A stretch of 64,000 nucleotides of DNA, from the NCBI GenBank assembly GCA_958295785.1, contig OY282377.1, forward strand, positions 3,534,896 through 3,598,895. The letters run 5' to 3'. The DNA comes from an uncultured Latescibacterota bacterium (GTDB taxonomy: Bacteria > Latescibacterota > UBA2968). The notes beneath the pieces were generated by a model. It worked only from the letters and a program-made list of their open reading frames with translations, was not told the DNA's origin and did not search any database. Numbering within the stretch: the first letter of the stretch is position 1; each line of letters starts with the position of its first letter. Positions 1-10,040 of this stretch are shown here, piece after piece. A program made the translations under genes and the position numbers.

Positions 1-2
1 TG

Positions 3-173
3 GCCTTGCGCGCTGGCTATATGGGCAATTACGATGGCGTGGGCTTTAGCGCGGGCGTGGGGTTAAAAGTGCCTTTCGGGGTACGCAATATGACGGCCGA
101 TTTTGCCTGGCAACAAAGCAAAAACGACCTGAACGCGCCGTTGCGCTTTACTGTTGGCTTTAAGCTTTGAGCT
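3..173 (+). CDS. 3' end (partial) of an outer-membrane beta-barrel protein; C-terminus ...FAWQQSKNDLNAPLRFTVGFKL
   Basis: In-frame translation to stop at 171-173 gives alternating hydrophobic beta-strand pattern with aromatic-rich C-terminus; gene start is outside the window. Confidence 0.35.
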
Positions 174-184
174 TTGGACAACCG

Positions 185-232
185 GAAAAAAAAGGGCGAC
201 CGGATAAAAGTCTGGTCGCCCTCTCTTGTATC
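185..232. terminator. Bidirectional intrinsic terminator between convergent genes (stem GGGCGACC / GGTCGCCC flanked by A-run and T-run)
   Basis: Perfect 8-bp stem with 12-nt loop, A8 upstream and T-rich tract downstream. Confidence 0.5.
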
Positions 233-277
233 TTTTCTCTATGAATTGTAACCCCTCCCCCGGCCCAAACGCCGCCA

Positions 278-2740
278 TTATTTTTCGTACCGGAACAAAA
301 TTTCCTTGGCTGAGACCTGCTCGCTGGTGAGATCTTCCACGGTGACGGTCAGGCGGTTGTATCCCGGTTTGACTTTGTCCAGGCTGAGTTCAAAATAGCC
401 AGTTGTGGCGGGGTCGTTGCCAACTTGGTCAAAGCCGACCTTCACTTGCGTTTCTTCCTCGCGTGCAAACAGCCCGGTCAGCACGCCGACACTGCTACGC
501 AAGAGGTTGAAGGGCCGCTTGGGGGTTTCGGAACTGATGGTATAGGTGATGCGATAACGGGTCTCGCCAAAGGTATTTGGCGTCAAGTTATAGACCTCGT
601 AATACACATAAGCATTTTGATCTTTTCGATACGCCCGAGTGGTCATGGGAATCACATAGATGTCTCCCTTTTTGAATTTTTCATCGCCGCCTCTGTCCGA
701 GATGTGATAGCCCAACTGGAGGTCGCTGAGGCGCAATTCCCGCCCAGTATACGATTCGACTTGGATGAGGTGACGGTAGATGCCCTTGCGCTCTGAGGCC
801 CGGTCGTTGAGTTGGACCGTGAGCAGATAGTCCCCAGGCGGCACATTGAGGGAAAGGACATTGGGGATGAAGGCGCCTTCAGGCCATTTTCTGTGCCCGA
901 TAGCCCGATAGCCGAGCAGGTCTTGCGTGCGGTAAACCCGAGTGTAGGACGTATCGGTTAAAACAATGGCGCAATCGGCCATGATGGCACTCGTATCGCC
1001 CGACGCAAAAGTGCCCATTTCCACGGGGTCAATGCCGTAATAGACTTCGACGGTTGTGTTTCCGTGTGGATCGCGAAAATCGGCAAAGTCGTAGGCGAAT
1101 CCCAACCCCGACATGGGGCCTCCGGGCCTGTAAAAATCGGGGATTTCCACAATGGCGCGGGCCGCCGCCGCATGCGAGGAAAAATAGGCAAATTGGGAAT
1201 ACCGATGCAGGCCAATTGAGCCATCCTGTTCGGGAAAGTCTGGGATGGGCGCGTAGTCGTAGATGCCGTTGCTGTGCTCGTCTGTAAAGGTGATCTCGAT
1301 GCCTTCGCCCACATTGGTATAAACCCATGATTCCCACGGGACAATGGTCATGTCGCCGGCTGTGGTGACGGGGCGAAAATGGTGGATGTTGTCCGGGCGC
1401 GTTTGGCGTTGGTGAAAATTTTCCAAAGCGTTTTGCTGCGCGCTGCCGGCTTCGCCTGCGTCTTCGACGGTTTCGTCGGCTTCATCCAAGATAATATCCC
1501 CGAGCAAGTTGCCACCTTCATCAACGCGCTGGACCGCGGATGGATCGAGCACGCCCATAAAGGACTGGTTGCTGCGTACCGGATAAACGGGGCCAATAAA
1601 GGTTTCATCGATGGATTCCGGCCCGTAAAGCGCGAGGGCAAGGCGTTCTTTGACCTGTTCTACGGCTGTGGTCATGGGCGCGGCTGCATACCTCGACCGC
1701 GCCCGGTGGTCTGGGTCTCCATACCGAATATAAATGTCTCCGCGCATATCCCAGGGCTTTTGGCTTTGTCCAAAGTGCTGAAGCGCGTACCACACCCGGC
1801 GGTAGTGTTCAAAGAGCCGCTCGTTGACCGGGGTCAACAAGTCGAGGTCGCGCCGCGTCCAGAATTGCTCGAGAAATGCCGCGCGCTCCGCTTCGGGCAA
1901 TTGGTTGTACGCCCGGATTTCCCCCTTGCTGGCCACTGTGCCGATGTCGCGGTAATGCGTGCGTTTCCCCTCGGGCAATCCGTCGATGTACTGCTCGAAA
2001 AGCGCGAGGGCGTGCTGGGTTTCGCCCTGGTCATAGTGTATTTGCGCGGCGATGTGGAGATAGGCGCGGTCGTCCAAGTGGGCTTTGAGATCGTTGAGCG
2101 TACTTTCGTCCAAGAGGTATTTCGGGGTTGCGCGGTCTCCCTGTGACCTGCGGCGGTGCTCGATGTAGGCTGTGCCAAATAAACGCGCGGTTTCTCGGTC
2201 GTGGGGCTGAAGTTGCAGGGCGCGACCATAAGCCTTGAGGGCCGCGGCGTAGTTTTCATTCAGCCGCTCGTAGCTTTTGCCCAACAGGATATGGGCCGGG
2301 GCATAATCGGGATCCAGGCGCGTGGCGCGGCGCGAAAGGGAAACGGCTTTGCGGGCATTGCGGACCGCGAAAAATCCCCCCGCGGCGCGTCGATAGTGGA
2401 TGCGCGCCATGCCGGATTGCGCCCGCGCAGAGGCCGCGTCAATGTCCATCGCGTCTCGATACGCCCGCATGGCGCGGTCCAATTGCCCGATGTCAAAATA
2501 CGCATCGCCCACGGCAATTGAGGTTTCAACCCCCTCTGCGTCCACCTCGAGGGCCTCCTTCAAATGCGCGATGGCTTTTTTGTTCTCTCTTGCCCGATGT
2601 TCGGCCTTGGCAAGCGCGATGAGGGAATCGCGCACCGCACTCTGATCCGCGGGCACGACGTGGAAAAAGCAAAGGATGAGACCTAGCGCAACGGTCAATG
2701 GTCGCGGGTTGAGCATGGCGAGCCTCCGGATGAAAGACAT
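278..2740 (-). CDS. Secreted TPR-repeat protein with C-terminal GWxTD domain
   Basis: N-terminal signal-like segment, multiple TPR-like A/Y/L repeats, motif KPWDMRGDIYIRYGDPD matching GWxTD-RG-iYi-yG-P core. Confidence 0.55.
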   Translation of the reverse strand: MSFIRRLAMLNPRPLTVALGLILCFFHVVPADQSAVRDSLIALAKAEHRARENKKAIAHLKEALEVDAEGVETSIAVGDAYFDIGQLDRAMRAYRDAMDIDAASARAQSGMARIHYRRAAGGFFAVRNARKAVSLSRRATRLDPDYAPAHILLGKSYERLNENYAAALKAYGRALQLQPHDRETARLFGTAYIEHRRRSQGDRATPKYLLDESTLNDLKAHLDDRAYLHIAAQIHYDQGETQHALALFEQYIDGLPEGKRTHYRDIGTVASKGEIRAYNQLPEAERAAFLEQFWTRRDLDLLTPVNERLFEHYRRVWYALQHFGQSQKPWDMRGDIYIRYGDPDHRARSRYAAAPMTTAVEQVKERLALALYGPESIDETFIGPVYPVRSNQSFMGVLDPSAVQRVDEGGNLLGDIILDEADETVEDAGEAGSAQQNALENFHQRQTRPDNIHHFRPVTTAGDMTIVPWESWVYTNVGEGIEITFTDEHSNGIYDYAPIPDFPEQDGSIGLHRYSQFAYFSSHAAAARAIVEIPDFYRPGGPMSGLGFAYDFADFRDPHGNTTVEVYYGIDPVEMGTFASGDTSAIMADCAIVLTDTSYTRVYRTQDLLGYRAIGHRKWPEGAFIPNVLSLNVPPGDYLLTVQLNDRASERKGIYRHLIQVESYTGRELRLSDLQLGYHISDRGGDEKFKKGDIYVIPMTTRAYRKDQNAYVYYEVYNLTPNTFGETRYRITYTISSETPKRPFNLLRSSVGVLTGLFAREEETQVKVGFDQVGNDPATTGYFELSLDKVKPGYNRLTVTVEDLTSEQVSAKEILFRYEK

Positions 2741-2913
2741 GTAAAGGCGCGGCCCCTGTGCTTATGTGCCAACGCATTCAGCGTCCCGGCCTTGGGCAGG
2801 CCCCTGTGTCTGCCTGAAGAGACGCAGAATCTATCTGCGGGAAAATATAGCCCATCGGATGGCCTCGCACAAGCCCCATACTGCAATAATTGAAACCCCT
2901 TGGAGAACGCGCG

Positions 2914-4857
2914 ATGAGCCTCGCTGTTGAAACCCCTGCTGCGATTTCGTTTGCCGAACGGGGTGTTACCGCCCGCGCTGTGTTATTGGGCCTCGTGCTG
3001 GTGTGTGTCGAAGTTGCGGTGATTGCGTTTTCCGAGCCGGTGGCGCGGTCGTCGTCTATGAACGTGAGCCACTTTCCCGTGGGGTTTTTCATGTGGTTTG
3101 TGGCTGTGGTGCTGTGTTTGAACCCGCTCTTGACGTGGATTTATCCGGGGTACAGGCTCTCGCGCGCTGAACTGTTGACGGTTGCCGCAATGGGATTGAT
3201 CGGCGCACATATTCCCGGCAGCGGTCTTTTGGGATTTTTCTTGGGCGTGCTCGCCGCGCCTTATTATTTTGCGTCGCCCGAAAATCAATGGGAAGCCCTG
3301 CTACATCCGACCATCCCATCGTGGCTGGCACCTTTGAATGCACGTGGCGCGATGCAGGGGTTTTTTGAAGGCACGGCCTCTGGCGCGATTCCCTGGTCTG
3401 CATGGATCGCGCCCCTGTTTTGGTGGATGTGTTTGATCGGCACGCTGACCTTTGTGCTATTGTGCATCGCGGTGATGCTCAGAAAGCAATGGGTGGAAAA
3501 CGAGCGGTTGATCTATCCCCTGATTTCGCCCGTGTCCGATCTCATCGCAGATGCCGATGGGGGGGGCCTGCGCCGCAACAAGTTGTTTTGGGTGGGGTTT
3601 ATTTTCGGGTTTGGACTGCTGGCATGGAATTTTGTGTGGTATTTCTGGGATGCCTGGCCGCGCATCAACTACTTTGGGCGCAAAGACTTGGTGTTTATCG
3701 ACGGGTTTCCCGCGATGACCAACCGCATCAATTTGTACATTATCGGGTTTGGTTATTTTGCCAATCTGGACGTGTTGTTCAGCCTCTGGTTTTTCTATCT
3801 TGTGTACTGGACGCAGAATGGGGTTTTCAACCGCATCGGGCTGGATTTGGGGCCGGGCACCGGCGCGGCGAGTGCCTGGGAAAATCTGGGCGCGCTGTTC
3901 GCGCTCGTGTGGTGGGCTTTGTGGACCGCGCGGCAGCACCTGCGCGATGTCGTGCGAAAAGCGATCAATCCAAAATACGAGGTAGATGATGCGGGAGAAA
4001 TGGTCTCTTACCGCACGGCCGTGTTCGGGGTGATTTTGGGATCGGGGTTTTGCCTCTTGTGGCTGTGTCTGGCCGGAATGGCGTGGTACATCGGCGTCCT
4101 GTTTTTGCTCGCGCTTTACGGGGTGTGTTTGGGGTTGGCAAAAGTGGTGTGCGAGAGCGGGTTACTCTATCTGGCTTGGGGGGTGAGTCCGCAGGTGCTG
4201 GCGACCAATCTTCTGGGATCGGCGTCTATGTCAGGCGGAACGGTGACAACGCTGGCATTTACAGAGGGCCTGTTTTTCCACGGCAAGGGCCTGTTTATGT
4301 CGTCTTTGGCCAATGGCGCGAAGATGGGCGATCTCGCGTCAACCGGTCAGCGGCGATTGGGCAAGAGCATGGGGCTGGCGCTGCTGGTGGGCATTCCCCT
4401 GTGCGTTTATTTGAGCCTGGGATGGGGCTACGAACAGGGCGCGTATAATTTTGGCGGGTTTCCATTTCGCTACGGGCGTGACAGCGTGTTTGCGCGAGCC
4501 GTGAACACGCTACAAAGCCCTCGGGACCCCGCATCCTCTCGCTTGATTTTTTTTCTTATAGGGATGGTGGGCATGACCTTGTTGACCGTATCGCGCTACC
4601 GCTTGCCGCGGTGGCCCTTGCACCCTATTGGGTTTGCAGTGGGCGGAAGTGGGCGCGCTGCGAAATCGACGTGGTCCATTTTTATCGCTTGGGCGTGTAA
4701 GTTTTTGATTGTGAAAACCGGGGGCGTAACCCTGTATCGGCAGTATCGCCCCTTGTTCACGGGGCTGCTCGCGGGATATTCGCTCGGGGTGGGCGCGTCA
4801 TTTGCCGTGGATGTCGTGTGGTTTATGGGGCGCGGGCACTGGATTCACTTGTATTGA
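2914..4857 (+). CDS. Large polytopic integral membrane protein of unknown function
   Basis: ATG at 2914 preceded by GGAGA RBS (the ORF-track start 2890 is a TTG); >12 hydrophobic segments rich in W/F/G. Confidence 0.5.
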   Translation: MSLAVETPAAISFAERGVTARAVLLGLVLVCVEVAVIAFSEPVARSSSMNVSHFPVGFFMWFVAVVLCLNPLLTWIYPGYRLSRAELLTVAAMGLIGAHIPGSGLLGFFLGVLAAPYYFASPENQWEALLHPTIPSWLAPLNARGAMQGFFEGTASGAIPWSAWIAPLFWWMCLIGTLTFVLLCIAVMLRKQWVENERLIYPLISPVSDLIADADGGGLRRNKLFWVGFIFGFGLLAWNFVWYFWDAWPRINYFGRKDLVFIDGFPAMTNRINLYIIGFGYFANLDVLFSLWFFYLVYWTQNGVFNRIGLDLGPGTGAASAWENLGALFALVWWALWTARQHLRDVVRKAINPKYEVDDAGEMVSYRTAVFGVILGSGFCLLWLCLAGMAWYIGVLFLLALYGVCLGLAKVVCESGLLYLAWGVSPQVLATNLLGSASMSGGTVTTLAFTEGLFFHGKGLFMSSLANGAKMGDLASTGQRRLGKSMGLALLVGIPLCVYLSLGWGYEQGAYNFGGFPFRYGRDSVFARAVNTLQSPRDPASSRLIFFLIGMVGMTLLTVSRYRLPRWPLHPIGFAVGGSGRAAKSTWSIFIAWACKFLIVKTGGVTLYRQYRPLFTGLLAGYSLGVGASFAVDVVWFMGRGHWIHLY

Positions 4858-4933
4858 GCGATCTCCTTTTGCGCTTTCTGTGCCTTTTGTAACTGTCACT
4901 GGATTCATTCAGATATGCTCGGAGGATGGAATT

Positions 4934-6418
4934 TTGAAAGGGTTTGGTTATTCGCTCGCGTTGTGGCTGGCGCTGGCCTCCAATGTCAAGGCCGTTGCAC
5001 CGGCGCCGATGGACTCGGTGCTGACAGACATTATCAAGGGCGATTATTATGGGGCTATGGCGCGGTGTGAAGACGCGATTGCTGTCGATTCAACGGCGGC
5101 AAAAGCGCACCGGTTTTTGGGGTGGCTGCAAATTGTGACGCGGCAGGGCGACCTCCACGAGGCCGGGGAAAATTTGCAACGGGCGATCCAATTGCAATTA
5201 AAAGATGCGGGCGCGCACAACGATTTGGGATTTGTCTATGCGTTTCAGCGCAATTACGGCCCGGCTATGGCGGCATTTGAACAGGCGATAGCGCGAGCAC
5301 CTAACGAGACGCTCTTTCATCGCAATTTGGGTTTTGCCGCCCACATGGCGGGTGCATATCCCGCTTCGGAATCGGCGTTTCGAGTTGTTTTGGCACGCGA
5401 CCCCACAGATGACTTGGCGGTTTATGGATATGGCCTAGCACTGGGCAAACAAGCGCGCTATGACGAGGCACTCAAAGCATTTCAAAGGGCCGTTCACATG
5501 TTTGCAGATCGCAAAGAAGCGCATGTAGAAATTGGAAAAATTCGGATGATGCAAGGCGATTATACATCTGCGGCGGCGGCGTATGAGCGGGCAAAAAAAA
5601 TCGACTTTGAAGATCCCAAAAACCACTACGCGCTGGCACAGACCTATCGGCAACTGGGCGATTCCCTGTCGGCGCGGCAAGCATGGGGGGCGTTTAAGTT
5701 TTTCGACAAACGCCACCGGCACGCGGTTCGAGACAAATACGTATTGCCCGTGCGCTTTGATACAACAGCCGATTTGCTGGATCGCGGAGAACGGTTCGCA
5801 CGCCTAGGGCAGCACGAAGACGCCATCGCGGTATATCGACAAGCAGCCGATTTGGTGGCCGACCCGGAATCGCCCCTGCGCTTTAGCCCAGAAGTGCCGG
5901 TGATCTATCTCGCGCTGGGGCAGTCCTATCGAGCACTAGGCGATGTGAAGCGGGCGCGAGGGGCTTATGACGCGGCCTTCGCGCTGGGCAAAGGGGGCAT
6001 TGTGTCCAGCGAGGCATTGCGTCATGCGGCAGATATGTTTTTGTGTACTGAAGGGATGTCGGGCGAAGAGGTGAAGGGATACGCGCGGATTGTGGCGATG
6101 GATCCAATCGCGTATGCCGCGTTCTATATTTGCGATCAAATAAGCCAGGCCCAGGCGAAAACAGGCCACTTGGAAAAGTGCATCGCAACTTATGCGCGCA
6201 AAGCAGAACGGGTCGGATATGCTGCGGGATTGCTGGTGCGCTTGGGCGTGGCACGCGCGGCAGCAGGCGATATAGACGCGGCAAAGGCGTTGTACGACCG
6301 CGTGATTGAAAACGCGCAAGACCCGCGTGCGTTATATCTCCAGTTGTCAATTCTCTATCGCCGGGCCGGGCGAAAAGCAGAGGCCGAGGCGATGTCAGCA
6401 AAGGCGCGATACAAATGA
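4934..6418 (+). CDS. TPR-repeat protein with signal peptide
   Basis: TPR-like repeats throughout; probable TTG start at 4934 after GGAGGA RBS, followed by signal-like LKGFGYSLALWLALASNVKA; start uncertain. Confidence 0.45.
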   Translation: MKGFGYSLALWLALASNVKAVAPAPMDSVLTDIIKGDYYGAMARCEDAIAVDSTAAKAHRFLGWLQIVTRQGDLHEAGENLQRAIQLQLKDAGAHNDLGFVYAFQRNYGPAMAAFEQAIARAPNETLFHRNLGFAAHMAGAYPASESAFRVVLARDPTDDLAVYGYGLALGKQARYDEALKAFQRAVHMFADRKEAHVEIGKIRMMQGDYTSAAAAYERAKKIDFEDPKNHYALAQTYRQLGDSLSARQAWGAFKFFDKRHRHAVRDKYVLPVRFDTTADLLDRGERFARLGQHEDAIAVYRQAADLVADPESPLRFSPEVPVIYLALGQSYRALGDVKRARGAYDAAFALGKGGIVSSEALRHAADMFLCTEGMSGEEVKGYARIVAMDPIAYAAFYICDQISQAQAKTGHLEKCIATYARKAERVGYAAGLLVRLGVARAAAGDIDAAKALYDRVIENAQDPRALYLQLSILYRRAGRKAEAEAMSAKARYK

Positions 6419-8010
6419 TGGCGGGCGTGCAAAAGGGCGTTGTCTGGATTTTTTTCAGTGTTTTTTTTGCTTCGGACGCGAGTTTCGCAGAACAATTTGT
6501 GGAGGTCACAGAAGCGGCTGGCATCGCGTTTGTACACCGAACGGGCGCGCGGGGCAATTGGCATTATTTGGAAACCATGGGCTCCGGGTGCGCCGTGTTT
6601 GATGCCGATGGGGACGGCGATCTCGATCTGTATTTTGTCAATGGCGACCACGCGCAGGCGGGCGGTGAGAACGCGCTGTACCGAAACGAAGGCGGGTTTC
6701 GCTTTGTAGCCGTTCCAGGGGCGCCGGGAAGAGGTTATGGCATGGGGGTTGCGGTTGGCGATTACGACAACGATGGCGATCTCGATCTCTACACGACGGG
6801 ATACGATGCCAATGTGCTGTATCAAAACGACGGTCAGGGGGGGTTTGTGGAAAAAAAGGCGGGCGTGACCGGGGGCGGATGGTCTTCTGGCGCGACCTTT
6901 TTTGATGCCGATGCCGATGGCGATCTCGATCTGTATGTGGCGCGCTATCTGACATATAATGTGACAACCGAACCGCGTTGCGACCGCGTGGGCATTCGCA
7001 CCTATTGCGATCCGGGCTATTTCAAGGGCGCGCCGGATTTGCTGTATCAAAATGACGGAAATGGCAGATTTACAGATGTGTCTTTCGAGATGGGCGTGGC
7101 GGATTCTTCGGGCAAAGGGCTTGGGGTGATCAGCTTGGATTACGACGGCGATGGGGATACCGATTTGTATGTCGCAAACGATACGACGCCAAATTTTTTG
7201 TACCGCAACGATGGCGGGCACTTTGAGGATGGGGGGTTGGAAGCGGGCGTGGCATTCAATGCCGAAGGCGAGACGCAGGCCGGGATGGGCGTCGATGTGG
7301 GGGATATAGACGAGGACGGACGACCCGATATTTTTGTGACGAATTTTTCCTACGAGACCCACGCGCTCTACCAAAACCGAGCAGGTGGCTTTTTCACAGA
7401 GGTGAGCGTTTCAACAGGCATTGCCGCGCCATCCCTGTTGCCCCTCGGATTTGGCTGTAATATGTTCGATTACGACAACGACGGCGACTTGGATCTGTTT
7501 GTGGCGAACGGGCATATTTTCCCAAATGTGAAGGCATTTTCCAAAGCTGAGTCCCATCCACAGGCCGATCAGATATTCCGCAACAATGGCGGACACTTTG
7601 AGACTGTAACCGCGGGCGTTGAAGTGCCAGGGGTGAGCCGCGGGTCGGCAGTTGGCGATCTAGATGGGGATGGCGACTTGGATTTGGTGGTTCTGCATTC
7701 GGGGCAACGGGCGCGGGTGTTTCGCAACGATGGCGGAAATGCGATGCACTGGATAGCCGTAAAGTTAGTAGGCACGCGCTCAAACAGGGACGGCATTGGC
7801 GCAGTCGTGAAAGTGACTGCCAAAGGAAAGACGCAGGTGCGCGAAGTTCGTAGCCAGTCGAGCTATTTGTCGGCGAGCGATTCGCGCCTGCATTTTGGAA
7901 TAGGCCCTGCCAATCGCGTGGCACAAATCGCAGTGCATTGGCCGGGCGGGCATGTGCAAGTGTTGAAAAACATCGCCGCGGATCGGGTTGTCGTCATCAA
8001 AGAAAAATGA
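6415..8010 (+). CDS. FG-GAP repeat / ASPIC-UnbV (CRTAC1-like) protein
   Basis: Repeated DxDGDGDLDLY calcium-binding FG-GAP motifs and C-terminal UnbV-like segment (HWPGG...). Confidence 0.65.
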   Translation: MMAGVQKGVVWIFFSVFFASDASFAEQFVEVTEAAGIAFVHRTGARGNWHYLETMGSGCAVFDADGDGDLDLYFVNGDHAQAGGENALYRNEGGFRFVAVPGAPGRGYGMGVAVGDYDNDGDLDLYTTGYDANVLYQNDGQGGFVEKKAGVTGGGWSSGATFFDADADGDLDLYVARYLTYNVTTEPRCDRVGIRTYCDPGYFKGAPDLLYQNDGNGRFTDVSFEMGVADSSGKGLGVISLDYDGDGDTDLYVANDTTPNFLYRNDGGHFEDGGLEAGVAFNAEGETQAGMGVDVGDIDEDGRPDIFVTNFSYETHALYQNRAGGFFTEVSVSTGIAAPSLLPLGFGCNMFDYDNDGDLDLFVANGHIFPNVKAFSKAESHPQADQIFRNNGGHFETVTAGVEVPGVSRGSAVGDLDGDGDLDLVVLHSGQRARVFRNDGGNAMHWIAVKLVGTRSNRDGIGAVVKVTAKGKTQVREVRSQSSYLSASDSRLHFGIGPANRVAQIAVHWPGGHVQVLKNIAADRVVVIKEK

Positions 8011-8051
8011 CCACACCATCCGCAGACTAAAACGATAACCGGGAGGCAGAC

Positions 8052-10040
8052 ATGGCAGAGCGGGAAAGGCTGTTGGCGGAAATCAACTTGGCGGGGTGTC
8101 CGCTGGGCACGGTGCTGGATAAGACAGAGCCGAATCAGCGCGTGGAGGCGCGATATTTCAAGGGTTGGTGGAACGCGCTGGTCGCGCCGCCCAATTGGAA
8201 TATGCCGAGCCACTATCGGGTGGTGAAAGACGGCGATGATGAGGTGTTGGAGCACACCACCAAATCGGATCGGTGCTTGGTGACCGGCGACCCCCTGTGG
8301 GGCGATTACGCGGTGGAAGCACGAATGCGACAGTTGAATGCGTATAGCCAGCCGAGCAGTGATGATCCCCATGCGATTGTCGCACGGTCAGGCATTATGG
8401 TGCGGTATCAGGACTTGAGGCGGTATTATTATTTTTGCATGGAGGGGTTTGATCGCTTTGTCCTCTATCGCAGGGAAGACGAGGCCTGGGCCATGCTAGC
8501 GGATGTGCCCAATGGAATTGATCGGGGGCAATATTACGCCTTAAAAGTGGTGTGTAAGGGCGAGCGGTTTGCGTGTTATGTCAATGGCGAGGTGGCATTT
8601 GTCGCGTATGACGACCGCTTTCCCACCGGCAAAGTGGGCATAAGGACGAACACGCGCAGTCGCATGGGCAATGTGCGCGTCACAGCGCGAGAATCTGCCC
8701 AGACCGCGTACGCAAATCGGTTGGACGCCCATCAAAAAGCCGTGGCAGAGGCGGCGGAAAAATATCCAAAACCCGTGCTTTGGAAGCGAATTGACATCGG
8801 CGAATTTTGGCCGTGCGAAGTGCGATGCGGCGATTTTAGAGGGGCGGGGCAAAAGGAGATCGTGCTGCAACAAGAGACCGACGAGGGCCCGCGCGTCGCG
8901 TGCCTAAATTTTGATGGGGAAGTGCAATACGACCAGCACTTTCCCGCCGCAAAGGGCTTGCAGCGATCCGTCATCCACGATCTGGACGGGGATGGCGTGG
9001 AGGATTTCATCGGCATCGCGGATCAGCGGCTAAAGTTGGTGAGCGGAAAATCCGGGCAGGTGACCGCAGAAACAGAACTGCCCAAGACCGGGCCGTATCT
9101 CGGGTATCGCAACGCGGGCATGGGCAATTATTTGCATTCGCTCAAGGTGCTCTGGCCGTGCAAAATACGGCAAACAGCCAAAGCGCAGGATTTGATTTTG
9201 CGAGATGGAGACAGCGCGGGCACAGGGTATTCGATCTGGGCGTTTGATGAAACGCTGACCTTGCGCTGGCGGCAAGACGCGCACAATGCGTGGTACGGCA
9301 TGTACATTTGGTTTTACGACATCGATGGCGACGGGCGAGACGAGATTTTGCCCGGTTACGATCTCTACGACGGAGACGGCAATCACCTCTGGACGATGGA
9401 AGGCGCGGAGTACATCGAGGATTCTGGCGGTGCAGGGCATATCGACCACGCCGCCTTTGGGGAATTGGACGGAGACGAGCGCAACGGGCCAGAGATCGGG
9501 ATTGCGGGAAGCGATCCGGGGTTTTTCTTGGTGGATGCGCGCGATGGGTCCGTGTTGCGCCACCACCGCTACGGGCATGTGCAGGGGATTTACGCGGGGA
9601 ATTTCCGTCCGGATTTGCCGGGCCTCGAGATGTGGATGGGCGACCGTTGGGGCACCTACGGGATTTTGAATCTGGTGAGCGGGCAGGGGGATCCCCTCTC
9701 GCGGATGGAGCCGGACAACCGCAGCCAAGGCGGCCCGGCCGTGAACTGGCGCGGCGATGGGGAAGAACTGCTGTTTATCAGCACGAGTGCCGAAGCCTTT
9801 GGGTTTTACGACGCGGCCTGCCGCAAGGTGATCACACCCGTGTGTGAGGGCTTGCCCTTTCATTGGGCGGCCGGGATTGTGGAAGACGTGATTGGCGATC
9901 CGCGCGACGAGATCGTGTATGTACGCGATGGCGCGATTTATATTGTTACGCAAGACGCGCCCTACACAGGCGATCAGATCTACGCGCCCACGCGGCGGAT
10001 GGATATTTCGATTCCGGGATGGCGGGACCACAATGCTTGA
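8052..10040 (+). CDS. DUF1080-like (concanavalin/LamG-fold) N-terminal domain fused to FG-GAP/VCBS beta-propeller
   Basis: N-terminal approx 220 aa with DUF1080-like pattern, then repeated DxDGDG motifs (DLDGDGVEDF, DIDGDGRDEIL, ELDGDERNGPEIG). Confidence 0.45.
   Translation: MAERERLLAEINLAGCPLGTVLDKTEPNQRVEARYFKGWWNALVAPPNWNMPSHYRVVKDGDDEVLEHTTKSDRCLVTGDPLWGDYAVEARMRQLNAYSQPSSDDPHAIVARSGIMVRYQDLRRYYYFCMEGFDRFVLYRREDEAWAMLADVPNGIDRGQYYALKVVCKGERFACYVNGEVAFVAYDDRFPTGKVGIRTNTRSRMGNVRVTARESAQTAYANRLDAHQKAVAEAAEKYPKPVLWKRIDIGEFWPCEVRCGDFRGAGQKEIVLQQETDEGPRVACLNFDGEVQYDQHFPAAKGLQRSVIHDLDGDGVEDFIGIADQRLKLVSGKSGQVTAETELPKTGPYLGYRNAGMGNYLHSLKVLWPCKIRQTAKAQDLILRDGDSAGTGYSIWAFDETLTLRWRQDAHNAWYGMYIWFYDIDGDGRDEILPGYDLYDGDGNHLWTMEGAEYIEDSGGAGHIDHAAFGELDGDERNGPEIGIAGSDPGFFLVDARDGSVLRHHRYGHVQGIYAGNFRPDLPGLEMWMGDRWGTYGILNLVSGQGDPLSRMEPDNRSQGGPAVNWRGDGEELLFISTSAEAFGFYDAACRKVITPVCEGLPFHWAAGIVEDVIGDPRDEIVYVRDGAIYIVTQDAPYTGDQIYAPTRRMDISIPGWRDHNA

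Noticed and set aside
63-278. 71-aa minus-strand ORF at the window start
   Set aside because: It spans the bidirectional terminator hairpin and the intergenic region. The opposite strand encodes the end of an OMP-like gene.
6355-7374. 339-aa minus-strand ORF antisense to the first FG-GAP/ASPIC gene
   Set aside because: It lies entirely within a well-supported plus-strand gene. It has low-complexity I/A/R-rich composition typical of shadow ORFs in high-GC DNA. The same applies to 9030-10052, 12733-13506 and 14178-14564.
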